Assembly (NCBI GenBank): GCA_026914245.1
Contig: CP110440.1
Span: forward strand, 4,030,001-4,094,000
Reading direction: 5' to 3'
DNA length: 64,000 nt
Source: Puccinia triticina
Lineage: Eukaryota
The notes beneath the pieces were generated by a model, which had not been told where the DNA came from, ran no database searches, and worked only from the letters and a program-made list of their open reading frames with translations. The translations under genes were made by a program, and so were the position numbers. Positions 52,581 through 64,000 of the stretch are shown here, one piece after another. How positions within the stretch are numbered: position 1 is the first letter of the stretch; each line of letters starts with the position of its first letter.

Positions 52581-54831
52581 TAAATTTCTTCATATCAGTA
52601 ATGCACAGACCCTCAGAATTATGTGATCTTTGTTTCACATTCAGATTGCTAGATCACCTTGCATTCTGCTGGAGCAGAAGCGTATGGATATGAGTCTGTG
52701 AGCTTGGACCTGCTTAGATCCTCACAGACCCCCTCTGTAAAGAAAGTCCAATGGATTTCAATCTTTTATTTACCAATGAAATTTATTTTGAGTTGAAGGA
52801 TCATCATGATCAAGCACAGTTTTGGTGGAGAGGATGGTGAGAAGAAGCAAGCTTATTCCACCAAATGTTACAAAACCAAGGAATTATGAAGGTTTGAATA
52901 TTCCTGCCACCAAAATTTAAATTCTAGCCCCCGCAAAACAGGTTGATAAGGCACCTTGCCAAGGGCTATTGGAGGCTTGCTTTGCAAGATCAGACGCCCG
53001 CGGCAGAAAGGGACTTGTGTTAATTTTGAAGTTTTTTATGAGGTTGCTTGGGGCAATTGCTTGCGGGACTTCCCACCAAAGTTTTAAGCAAGTATGTCAC
53101 CTAGATATTGCTTCAGAGGGAAATTGTACAGCCTGGGCTGGCGCAAAGCACCCCTTGTGTGATTTTGGCGCGCCAGGTCACCCGGCCCCTTGAATGAGGG
53201 GGTTGTGATAAGCTACACCACAGGTGGACTTCTGGAGTTTGAATCCAGTAAAAATACTGGATGGTGGCAAAGACCAAAAACCAGCTGGAATCATTCCAGT
53301 ATGGTCAAAGGACCAAAACCCAATCAGGATGTTTCTGGTATTACGTATGGTCAAAGGAACAGAACCATTCTGATTGCAATTTGGGTTAAAACCAAACCCA
53401 AAAAAAAGGGTCCAAATTGGAACGAAGTCAAAATTTATTTGACTTCATTCCAGGAAACAGAAAATTCTGGGTTTTTGCCTGGAGTTTCCTTGGAATATTT
53501 TCAAATATGACAGACCACACCTCACAGAAGCAGGGCCATATACATAAAACAAGGCAAAATCATTATAGTGTGCCTAGCACAGTGGGCAAGCAGCCTGTGG
53601 GGTGGATCAGAAAGATGTTGGGTGTTCAAGCCCTTCTTTTGTCTACCTAATTTTCCCATTCCTTGTTTTGAGCCTTCCACAGCCTGGGAAGGCCCGTACC
53701 CATTCCAAATTGCAAGCAAAAGCAATTCAGAAAGGCATTTGGAATCCAAAAATATTCTGGATTGCCTTCCAGTAGGGTTCCTGGAATTTTGCAGCGGAAT
53801 CACCAATTGTCTGGCAATGGTCCCTCTTGCAGGCAGGCCAACCAAAATGACATTGGTTGCCAACAAAAATCATTTTTTTAAGCTTCACCTGTGGTGTAGT
53901 TATGTCACCATACAGTAATGAAGTTTTGTGCCGCGGGAAGCGGGAATCCTTATTGTGAAACCCCCTAATAGAGAAAACTTAACATAAGTCCCTCTGTGTT
54001 CTTGCGGGGCGCAAGCACCCTCCTGCTTGCAGGAGGGACTTATGCATAATATCCTGTGAGATTTATCACCAAGGAGAAAGGCTTAGCGCTCATAAATTGA
54101 GAGAGCGGCCCGGAGCTGAATCAGCTGCGGAACTTGGTAAGCAAAGCAAACCATCTTCCGCAGTCCAAACTAGCCGCGGGGCGTCGTAAAACTGACACAT
54201 CAAATTTGATGTATGCAGGTCCAACACCAGCAAGCAAAAAAATCAGGCTCGTGGATAATACAGGCTCCCGGCAATTAAGAGCTAGAATATCAGTCAACAC
54301 CAAAGGTGAGAAACTGACAATTCAAACTCCAAAACGCAAAATGGAAAGCTAATGCCTCTTCCATAGAAAACCCTCCAGGCATTTTCAAAGAGGATAAGAC
54401 CGACCACACCATCGACTATCAAAGAGAAGTAGAGAAACACAGTGAGTGGCCGCTTTCCAGACTGGCATAAAAGAAACAAAAAGGCTAAAAGAGAAACACG
54501 TTACCTAGACAACGCAGCTACGTTACTCAGCCGTTTTGCCCAACACAACTAAGTGGAACCAAAGGGCCAGAAACCCAAATTGGGTAAGAACTCTGAGACT
54601 TGAAGCAGAACAGAGGAGAACAGATGAACTGATACAATGTATGGTGCCTAGACTGACGCAGCCCAACCATCAGAATCGTCGTTGATCAATATATTCCCCT
54701 CTTATCATTTTCTTGCTAACAGAGCGGCCTATTGCCTGCTCTTAGTTAAATACCCAACTCAATCTCATTCTCTCACTCAGATTAAGTTGTAATAAGCTCT
54801 ATAGACCCTAACTAAGAAATGAAATCTCTTA

Positions 54832-55040
54832 GGGCCTGTACCATAGGGCATGAAAATTGAAATTTTCCAAATTTATTTGCCTCAAAATTTCTTGGGACAA
54901 AAACTGAGCCTGGCCAAAATGTAGGCTGGAGCCCAAATGTGAATAATTTCAACATTTGAACCCTCTGCTAGTTTTCAATTTTTGTGTACAGGGCAAAAAA
55001 AGTTGAAATTTTCCAAAATTGAGGCCCATGGTACAGGCCC
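54832..55040. mobile_element. Tourist-like MITE
   Basis: TIR gggcctgtaccat / atggtacaggccc with a TTA TSD on both sides. Confidence 0.85.
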
Positions 55041-55187
55041 TTAGTCATCTGAAATCTTTCATATCCAACATTTAGCTTGAGGCTGCCCAGCCAAATGGCC
55101 AAAAAAATTTTCCAATCCACATATCACCACATAGCACTCTGATTTCTTCACAGCCTCTATTACCATTAGAATGAGTTTCTTGCTGTA

Positions 55188-56450
55188 CAGTGGGTCATCT
55201 AATGTTTTTGGCACCACATTTCAGAATGCAGAAGCTCAGGTCACAGCCTTCAAGTCATGAGATTGGTTACAGGGTTGAAAATAAGTTACTAAGAATGATT
55301 ATGAAATAAAAAAAGTAAAAATGAAAAATGTGGAAATTTTCTAATTTCTTGCAAATTTCTCAGAATTTTCATTACTATAATTCAAACCAAGGAGGGAAAA
55401 TTGGAGAGAAAAATATGGCATGCAACAAGAATGATAAAAACTGAAAAAAAAAATGAAACCATTTTCAATGATTTTTTGGGTGGATGGGTTATCAACCAAA
55501 CTTAACAAAGTCCCTCAAGACTTTGGGGGTGAACTTGCGAAGCAAGCCTCTGTCAGGAGGGACTTACCCCTTAGCTCCCCAAACTTGCGCACCAAGAATG
55601 GATTTTCAAGTTATTTTGTTTATTTTTTCTAAAGCTCACCCACCACATCCACTCCTTGTTTATTAGCTCAATGTAATTGGAACATGCTGGAGAAAAGAGT
55701 ACAGATGCGTACATCTCCCATGATCCCCTCTACATTCTTGTGCAGAGCAAACTGTGGAAAGTGTGTTGGTGAGCACAGACCCTTGCCGTGCAAAATCCTC
55801 ATTTTGTGTATATTTCAAGATTTTTTTTGGACCAGAAGGAATGTTGTGAAGTTACCCAAATTCTGTATGTTGGACAGGCACAAGCTAATCTTTCACCTAA
55901 GCAACTTTATTCCAAAGAAAGACATGGAAGCAAGGAATTATAGAAGTTTGAAAACTCCTGCCACCTAAATTTAGAATCTTGCCCCCGCAAAAAGGGGCAA
56001 TAAGGCACAAGTCCCTCCTGCCAAGGGCTGTTGGAGGCTTGCTTTGAAAGACACACGCCCGCAGCAGAGGGAATTTGTCAAGTTTTGTCATCAACCAATT
56101 TCAAATTGAACTCAGGGACCACCACTAATTCGACTCAATTTATTCAATCCAATAAAAATCATTGGCAATGGTTTCAAAAATTTTCATTTTTTATCATTCT
56201 TTTTGCATGCCATACTGTGCTCTCTAATTTTCCCTCCTTGGTTTGAATAGTAAAGAACATTCTGAGAAATTTGCAAGAAATTGGATAATTTCCACATTTT
56301 TTATTTTTTTTATTTTTTTTCCTTTTTTTATTTCATAATCATTCTTTGGAATTTGTTTTCCAAATCTGAAGCCAATCTCATGACTTGAAGTCTGTGGGCT
56401 GAGCTTCTGCATTGAAAAATGTGGTGCCAAAAACATTAGATGTCCCACTG
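55188..56450. mobile_element. Tc1/mariner-like non-autonomous element with long TIRs
   Basis: TA|CAGTGGG...CCCACTG|TA. Imperfect inverted repeats extend ~280 bp. Confidence 0.8.
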
Positions 56451-59400
56451 TACATGTTACCATATATCCCATCAAGATTTTATCCTCATCCATTGGAAGT
56501 AATTGTGATTTAAAAAAACAAGAGATGGCCCCTGTGAGCCCAGTTAACTGTTTGGGTGCGGGTACCCATGACCTTTTTGGGCAAATATTGGAAACCTGCA
56601 CTTGCTGAGTCAGTTGGAACAGGTACCAGTGGGTACCTGTCAGTGAATGCTCCTTTCCACCAATCATGGAGCAGGTTGAACGGTCCTCAAGGAGTGTTTA
56701 CACTGTCTCTTGATGACTGGGAAAACCAGTCATCAAGAGACTTTATACTTTCTCTTGATGACCAGTTGGAACTTGTCATTGAGAGAGTTGATACGCTTTC
56801 TCAATGAACGGTCAAACAGGTCATCAAGGGCCTTTACACATACTCTTTCTTGATGACTGGTCAAAAATTCATTGACAGGTTGAAAGTCCTCTGGATGGTC
56901 AATTGAACTGGTCATCCAGAAGGTGTACCCTGCTTCTCAATGACGGCTTGACCGCTCATTGATGTGCACAACCAGTCAACTCAGTCATCAAGAGATTGGC
57001 ACTCACTCTTGATGAGAGAGTGACCGGTGATTAAGGGCCGGTATGTATGCCAATACATACATACCCCTCTGGAGGAACTGTCAAACCGTCAACAGGTCAT
57101 CAGGATGCTGCATATTGGCGGGTACCTGCTGTGATTACCCAGGTATCTGGCAAATATTTGCAGATTGTCAGGCACCCGCATCTGCTGGCGGGCACCTGCC
57201 AGCAGATTGCAGGTAGCCGCAACGGGTTTGCTGGGGCCATTGCTAAAAAAAACTGCCTTAGGAGGTCTTGTGAGCCAAAATCATGAGAACCTGCCCAATC
57301 TTGACCTGCAAGTGGCCCAATGGGTCCATCAAATTGCTCAGGAACAGCCCTGGCAAGAATGGCTTCTGAGCAACCAAATTTTGTCAAAAATACTTGGAAC
57401 AATATGTACAAGACAGCTGTGATCAAGGGCTATAACATGGTGAGCTGGGATTTGGAGTAAAACCATAGAGCTAATTATTAAATAAATTTAAATACAAAAT
57501 TGCTCATTTTCTTCAGCCTCCTATTGGGAATGGGAGATGTTTGGCATCAGGGTGCTCTGCACCCCCAGTCCCGGGAGGCTTATCTAAGTCAGATAGAGGC
57601 CCTGAAATGCCAGTCTTGTGTAAGCCACCTCCTTTGGGGTCTCACAAAGAGGTCACATAGCTATCACAAGATTAGATAATCCGCCTGATATTTAGTCTAC
57701 ACTCCCTTCCACGCTCTAGCCAGTAGAGATCTTGCCCTTCACATCTATCCTGGCTAGCACTCACATGACGCCCCGGTCATACAGACCGGTGATCTAAAAT
57801 CTGCCTCTTGAGGCTCTTGCGTTCCCCTTTGTGCCCCTCTCCAGGACCAGCAAAGGACTCCCAACCGGAGTCCCTATATCTTGCCAAGAAAAATATACAA
57901 ATGAAAAACAGATTTTCCGCCCCCAAACCACCAGGCTTGCCACAAATCCACTGAATCTCGCCACTGACCCGCCAAATTTTCCAGCTTGCCATTTGGAGGG
58001 AGACCCCCTCAGCCCCTGCTGACACAGCAGCGCTGGAACACACACAAACCAGAACACCTGTACTGACGTGCGGCTGGCAGTAGGTACATCTGATAAATTG
58101 AAATGATTGATAATTGCCAACAAAAAAGATTAGTGGGGCACAAAACTAGTTTCAATGTTTACTCTCTTCCCAGCTTATCCTCTGGGAGAGCATGCCCTGC
58201 AAGCACTGATTGCCTACCCAGCTATTTCCATCCCACCAACCCAGTGAATGTTTTGCCCAAACCAGACATCTGGACCCGGGCCCTTCTGTTGTACATGAGC
58301 TACCGCCGTCACCCGCCCCTCAGTGGACGGCCAGCAGTGGCTATGAAGAGGACAACCAGGTTGTTGAGGGTTTTACACCACGGCCCCACTTGTAAAAGGT
58401 GGCCGACATCAGATTCAGGTCGGCCCGGCTGAGCTGATGTCTAACTTTTCAACAGGTCAGACCAACCTGTCCGACGAAGCCAAATAGACGCCGGACTGCC
58501 CTTCCCGACAGGAAAGGCAGCCCAACCAAGCTGATGCCCCGGTCAGCATGGTCGGCTTGCCGCATGGATCAAGCCGATGTGGTATGCTTTATGGTTGCCC
58601 ATCTAAGCCCATTTCAAAATTTCCTTTTTTCTCATATGTACACTCTCAAATCAACCAATACGGCGGCACCACTGGATTCTACGGCCAAAACTACACAGGA
58701 CACCATGGACAAAACACCTTACACCCCTCTGGATCAGAAGATACAACCTCTTCAAGACACCATCAGCCAGTTTCACACACACAAACACCATACTCAGGTC
58801 ATGTAATCCGTTACATGAACCACACTTACCCAGGACATGTAATCCGTTACATGGACCACCCTGACAGCTTGTCTAAACCTTTACATATACTTTACCTCAT
58901 CAGCTGCACTCATTTCATTGTGCTTTGCACATATCATGCAGTGTCATGCAGTGTTATGCACACTTGATGCAGGCTTATGCAGTCTTATGCAGGTGCATGC
59001 AGACTAGTGTAATAGGGGCTGCAGTCTGACAGTTGACAGATGACATCATGCAGGTGTCAAGATAGCAAAAACCCCTCATGCAGCTTGCAGATGACATCAT
59101 TTGACAGGCCAGGCCAGCTAAAATATCTCACCTCCTATTTCTCCTTAGCTAAATTCCCTCATATGACATCATGACCTCATGTGACCTGTCAACCACCAGC
59201 CAAAATACCTCATTGTAGTCTTCAGGGCAGCTAAAACCCCTCATTCTCTTGTTCCCCTGGAGCTAAAATGTCTCACTCTTTTCTATTTAAGGAGGCTCTC
59301 CTCCCCCCAGTTGTAATTTCTCTCAGCAAACTACTTGCACTCAGCTTACCCCATAACAGTACAATACTTGCTCACTCTACAGTATTAGCCCACTCTATAT

Positions 59401-61125
59401 TGTGGTTTTACACCCTTACATACAAATTACAACCTCATTACAACACTTACACATCAGCTACATCACCCTAACCCTTAAGCCACCTGCTCAAAGTAGGCTA
59501 TCTTTTGATACACCTCCACTATCACTACATAAACCTTCCAATCGTAGATTGGGGGGCTTGTTTTAGTGTCTAGTGACCCAGGAAAGGCAGAGGTAACCTC
59601 ATTCATCCCTTTCCGCACTCAGCAAAAGGTTCTCAGGAACACTTTTGAGCTTTATACCAACAGTCCCGATGGCTCAGGCAGGAGCGTCGGCTTGCCCAAA
59701 ACTTTGTCAGGCAGTTGGCTATCGAAGGAAATAAGCCGACTTGTCTGACAAGGCTATTGGGCCAGTCAATCCGACCGGTTTTCGTCCAGTCGGACTATCT
59801 TGTCTGTTGGCAAAGGTCAAGAAACCACTCAAAAAAAGTGGTCCTCAACCTACACCACAATGTCAAGAAGCACAAGAGCATCTACATAGCATCCACACCA
59901 AGAAAAAAAAAAGATGGCTTGCTGACTTGTCTAAGATTTCACTCAGGGACTTCCTCCAATGGGGGGTGATCTTTGGAATTTTTGCTAACATGTTTTCAAG
60001 TTGACCGGTATTGTTAAAGGCACGATAATGCAGCGGGCGGAGAGGTCCCCTTGGCAGTCAGCCCGGCCTCACCGCCAGGCCTGCCAGGCCGAGGGTGGGA
60101 CTCCAACCACAACATATTTTTACGCGGCCGTCTTGGCAGGGGTCGGCCCGACACCCACCCCGGCGTCGGGGTCAGCCCGACTGCCCCGACGGCTTCTGCT
60201 TGGGGAGGAAAAAATCCTGACGTCAGGGTCTATCCGACCCCGGGGAAGACGTCGGGGTCGATCCGACCCTCAATGCTGACATCAGGGGCAGGCCGACCTG
60301 TCCGTCACTTTTCCTCCCGACGTCGGATCGCCGCTTGATCCCCGGTAGGTCGGACAGGTTTTATCCAACGTCGGATCGCCGTCTGGGTGCACCTGTAGTG
60401 TATGTCCTCGCGACAGCCCACCAGTCCCGGCCATCAAGCGCTTGGCTCTCAATGGCTGGTGCGCGGTGGGTGTGTTTCCTCTTCCAGTAGCCCCGAAGCG
60501 CCGCACGAAGCAAGGATTTTTCTGCGCACTCACAGATCTGGCCCTCCGCAATCAGACACGCGTCGGCCCAGCAGGACACACACCAAACACGCGGATGAGC
60601 ATGCGTTACGATTAGCGGGCCGGGGCCGTGCACCGGCGCGCACGGGCCTCAACACAGGAGAGACAGGGGGCCGCAGGGGCATGGTCACGGGAGGGCAGGC
60701 AAGACAAGATGGTGGGGCAAGAAAGAAGACAGGAGGCCAGTCAAGAAAGAAGCACAAGAGGAAAGACAAGCGGGTGGATAAGATAAGCGACAAGCGATAC
60801 ATGATAAATACGGGTTCTGGTGGTGTGTATGGCAGATGAGAGAGAACGGGATGCGGGGTGTTTTTTAAGGTGATGTGTGTATGTGGATGGGGAGGTGGGA
60901 GGGCGTGTCTGTGGATGTGGAGGCAGGGAAAGAAGTGATGTGTGTGTGTGTGTTGAGACAACAAAAGAGAAGGATGGAACATGGGATGGGTATGGACACC
61001 TGAGGGAGACGGAGAGGGGGAAAGGGGACGCAAGTGGACAAGCAAAAACACAACAGAGAAGCAAGAAGCCAGCGCGAAACAATACAGGGATGGGAGTGTT
61101 TTTCAAGAAAAGAAGGGAGGACAGG

Positions 61126-63209
61126 TCAACGCATCTGGGCGAACAAGTTCAAGATGTTGCGGCCGGTGCCGGGGGGCCCGGGGCCGGCGAGATGGGAGGG
61201 GCTCGCGAAGCCGATGAACGAGGAGGAGGAGAGGGAGGCGGCGGAGGAGGCGGAGGTGAGGATGGGCGAGCCCATGAGCCCGCCGGCCGTCGGCCCGCCC
61301 GGGGCCGCGCCGCCGCTCGCCGTCGAACACGCCCCGGCCGCCGACAATGGGTAGCTCTTTTTCTTCGGGAAGGCGCGCCAGAACCGCAGCGTCTCGTCGC
61401 CCGCGCCGGTCACTATCGTCTCTCCGTCCGGCGACATCGCCAGATACAACACTGTCCACACACACACACACACAACCGTCGTCAGCTTTTTTGTGGGGGG
61501 AGGAGCGGGGGGAAGGGGGGACGGACCGCGGTAGGTGTGGCCGCTGAGGGTGGCGATCTGTTGCATGCTCGGGTACTTCCATAAACAGACTTGGTTCTGG
61601 ATCGGCCCGGGCGAGAAGCCGTGAGTGGAGACGAGCTCGTTGGAGTTTTTGGACCATTTGAGCGAGCAGACCTGTAGAGACCGCAGGATGAGCACACAAG
61701 AGAGAGAGAGAGAGAGAAAGGGGAAGGGAGGGGGGGACGGACTTGGGAGCCGGTGTCGATCTCGTTGAGCAGGTTGCCGTTGATGGTGTTCCAGAAGCGG
61801 ATCTTCTTGTCGGCCGAGCCGCCCCCGGAGGCCAGTAATCCGTTCTGGTGGGGGCTCCAAGCGAGGGCCTTGATGGCGGCGGTATGGTGGTTGAAGCGGA
61901 AGAGGGGCGCGGAGTTGGCTGGGGCGACGGAGTCCCAGATGAGCAGCCGGTTGTCGTTGCCTCCGGAGGCGAGCTGGCCGGCCTGGGCGTTCCACTTGAG
62001 GCCACAGACCTCCTGCTTGTGGACGTTCAGACGGGAGATCCAGTGGTCGGCGGCGCGGACGTCCCGGTGGACGATGGAGCGGTCGCGGGAGCCGGTGGAG
62101 AGGATGTGGGCGTTCCAGTCCATGCATCCGATCCGGCTCTCGTGGCCGTCCATGGTGCGGACTCTTTTGCCGATCTGGGTGTCCCAGATGTGTGTTTTGC
62201 CCGAGTCGGTGCCAATGGCGAGGATATTACCGCGGCCGATCCAGGCGAGGGAGGTGGTGTGGTCGGGCAGGCCGGGCAGGGCGAGGTCGACGAGCCGGGT
62301 GACGGCGGAGGTGACGGCGGACCAGAGGTAGACCTGGGAGCCGAGGCCGACGGCGAGGACGTTGGTGGAGCTCCAGTCGACGAGGTTGAGGTAGTAGTCG
62401 TCGGCCAGGTCGGGGGCATCGAGCACTTTGAACGGCACCTTGCTGAGCGAGCGGGTGGGCTTGCGCGGCGAGAGCAGCAGCCGCTGGCTCTCGTGCTTGA
62501 TCGGCGTCGTCGAGTAGCGCGGGTGGGTGGGCGAGTCGAGGTTGGGGGCCTGCTCTGGGCCCGGCCGGGTCGGCGAGGAGTAGCTGAACAGCTTCGGGGT
62601 CGCTTTCCGCGGCGTGCCTGGGGACGAGTTGGGGACGGTCGAGGCATGCCTGGAGTGGGAGGGCGAGTGGTTGATGAAGTGGGGCAGGTCGGCGGGCTCG
62701 CTGCCGAATGTTTCTGCCTTGAGCAGGTTGGTGAACGTCCGGCGTGCTTGGTCTGGCCCAGATGGGTGGTCCTGGTCAGGATCTCTGTCTGTCTCTCTGA
62801 GGGATGGATGGAGCGTACCTTTCTCTAGGTCGGTGACTGCTGCGGCGACGATGGGCTTCTTGGAGGGGCTGCCCCTGGTGGGGGTTGATGGGCCGTCGGG
62901 CATGAGCTGGAAGGTGGTCGACAGATCGACGCCGTCTGCGCGGGTGGGGATGAAGCTGTGTGGGGTCGCGATGGGTCAGCAGTGGATTGGGGGGGAGAGG
63001 GAGAGTGGGTGGGGTGCTTGCCGGTCGCCATAGTGTCTCTTCTTGCTGGGGCTCGACGGGCTCCTGTTGGCTGGGCGGGGGCGTGCAGGCTTGGAGGGCA
63101 GCCGGGCGGGGTTGAAGGGGTCGTCGAGCTGGAGCAGCTCTGTTGCGGTGCTGTTTTCAGTGGGCTGCTTGGATGGCCCTGGGATGGGGGTGGTATTGGG
63201 GGTGTCCAT
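61126..63209 (-). CDS. CDH1: APC/C co-activator CDH1/FZR1 (Ste9/Srw1-like) WD40 protein, 5 exons
   Basis: C-box GDR|FIPTR, then [75 protein letters not shown] and [20 protein letters not shown]. Ends NLFAQMR*. Confidence 0.93.
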
Positions 63210-63639
63210 TCCGGGTATTGCTGGGCTGATGTCGTGGTTCGTCGCTGGTTTTCCGGCCGGCTGCTGCCTGGCCTGGGCTGCTGGGGCTGGGATGTGGTGG
63301 GGGTGGTGTGCGATCGACTCGCCCCGGCTGGCTGGGAAACCCTCGACACTCAGCCAACATCAACTAACAGATCCACCACGCTGAGAACGCTCACAAACAT
63401 ATGTAGACAGCTTGAGAGAATCCTAGGGAAGCAGCCCATCCACCATCTTGCCTTCGGGTGATCTCTAGCAAAGCAGACTCAAAACATCGAGCAGCGTCTC
63501 CTCCCTCAATCCCTTGCAGGTAATAGACACACCACTAACCCTTGAGGAGCTTCTGGAAGCGGAAGGGTTCCAAGATGTTTCCTGCTTCCAGTCATGTATT
63601 GTTTCGACTCATGACTTGATGGGGGCTTTGCGGTGGCGG

Positions 63640-64000
63640 AATGGACTGGAAACTTCATCAAAGACTACAGCGGGCATGGGTATGAGATATTATGAGACCG
63701 GGCTCCGTCGGCACTATGTTTTCACCAGATACAGAGCGAGACTGAAAGTGCATCTCCTGTTTGTAGATAGCTCCCCAAATAATTCATTCCTTGGAAGTGT
63801 TGGTGGAGTCTGAGACCGTTCGGTCTTCTATTGGGACGTATCAACCGGCGCCATATTGAGACGCTTTAGTGGACACACCGGCCTAATAAATGCATGTGCT
63901 TTCAGTTGGGATGGTAACTTGCTCATCAGTGGTTAGTATCACTGGCTACTATCAGCGTCACCTGAACTGGAGATTGTTTTGATACGCGAAGCTGGTCTTT
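63640..64000 (+). pseudogene. Inverted, degenerate partial duplicate of the WDR83-like gene (runs off window)
   Basis: Matches the reverse complement of ~49320-49670, introns included. The first splice donor is deleted and there is a 5-nt insertion near 63808. Confidence 0.85.

Noticed and set aside
59008..59560. Possible LTR followed by a PBS-like ttgggggg
   Set aside because: The boundaries, TSD and any gag/pol similarity could not be established.
60877..63461. Long overlapping ORFs (e.g. 61848-62828 +, 61103-62005 -)
   Set aside because: They are shadow or alternative frames of the GC-rich CDH1 gene.

Overview
Eukaryotic, intron-containing, transposon-rich fungal DNA; the gene structures and TE families suggest a rust fungus (Pucciniales), which is an inference. 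Recognisable host genes are EFM4 (921-1976), a WDR83/MORG1-like WD40 gene (minus, 48531-49809) and the APC/C co-activator CDH1/FZR1 (minus, 61126-63209). There is also a Ser/Pro-rich hypothetical gene and a candidate small secreted protein. The rest is mostly mobile DNA: a two-gene PIF/Harbinger element, a decayed hAT, CACTA and Tc1/mariner derivatives, many MITEs and a Copia-type TRIM. The most striking object is a 13.6-kb composite Kyakuja-Dileera-Zisupton (KDZ) element (34675-48305) bounded by a perfect 8-bp TSD. It carries a CxC-KDZ transposase and a convergent HMG-like partner gene, each downstream of one arm of a 125-bp internal inverted repeat. It also has two successive right ends, with host-gene fragments (including GFA1) trapped between them. 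Other orphan host-gene pieces (RPL4, an inverted WDR83 copy, tRNA-like pieces inside a MITE) suggest pervasive TE-linked gene capture. All calls were made by eye, without database searches.
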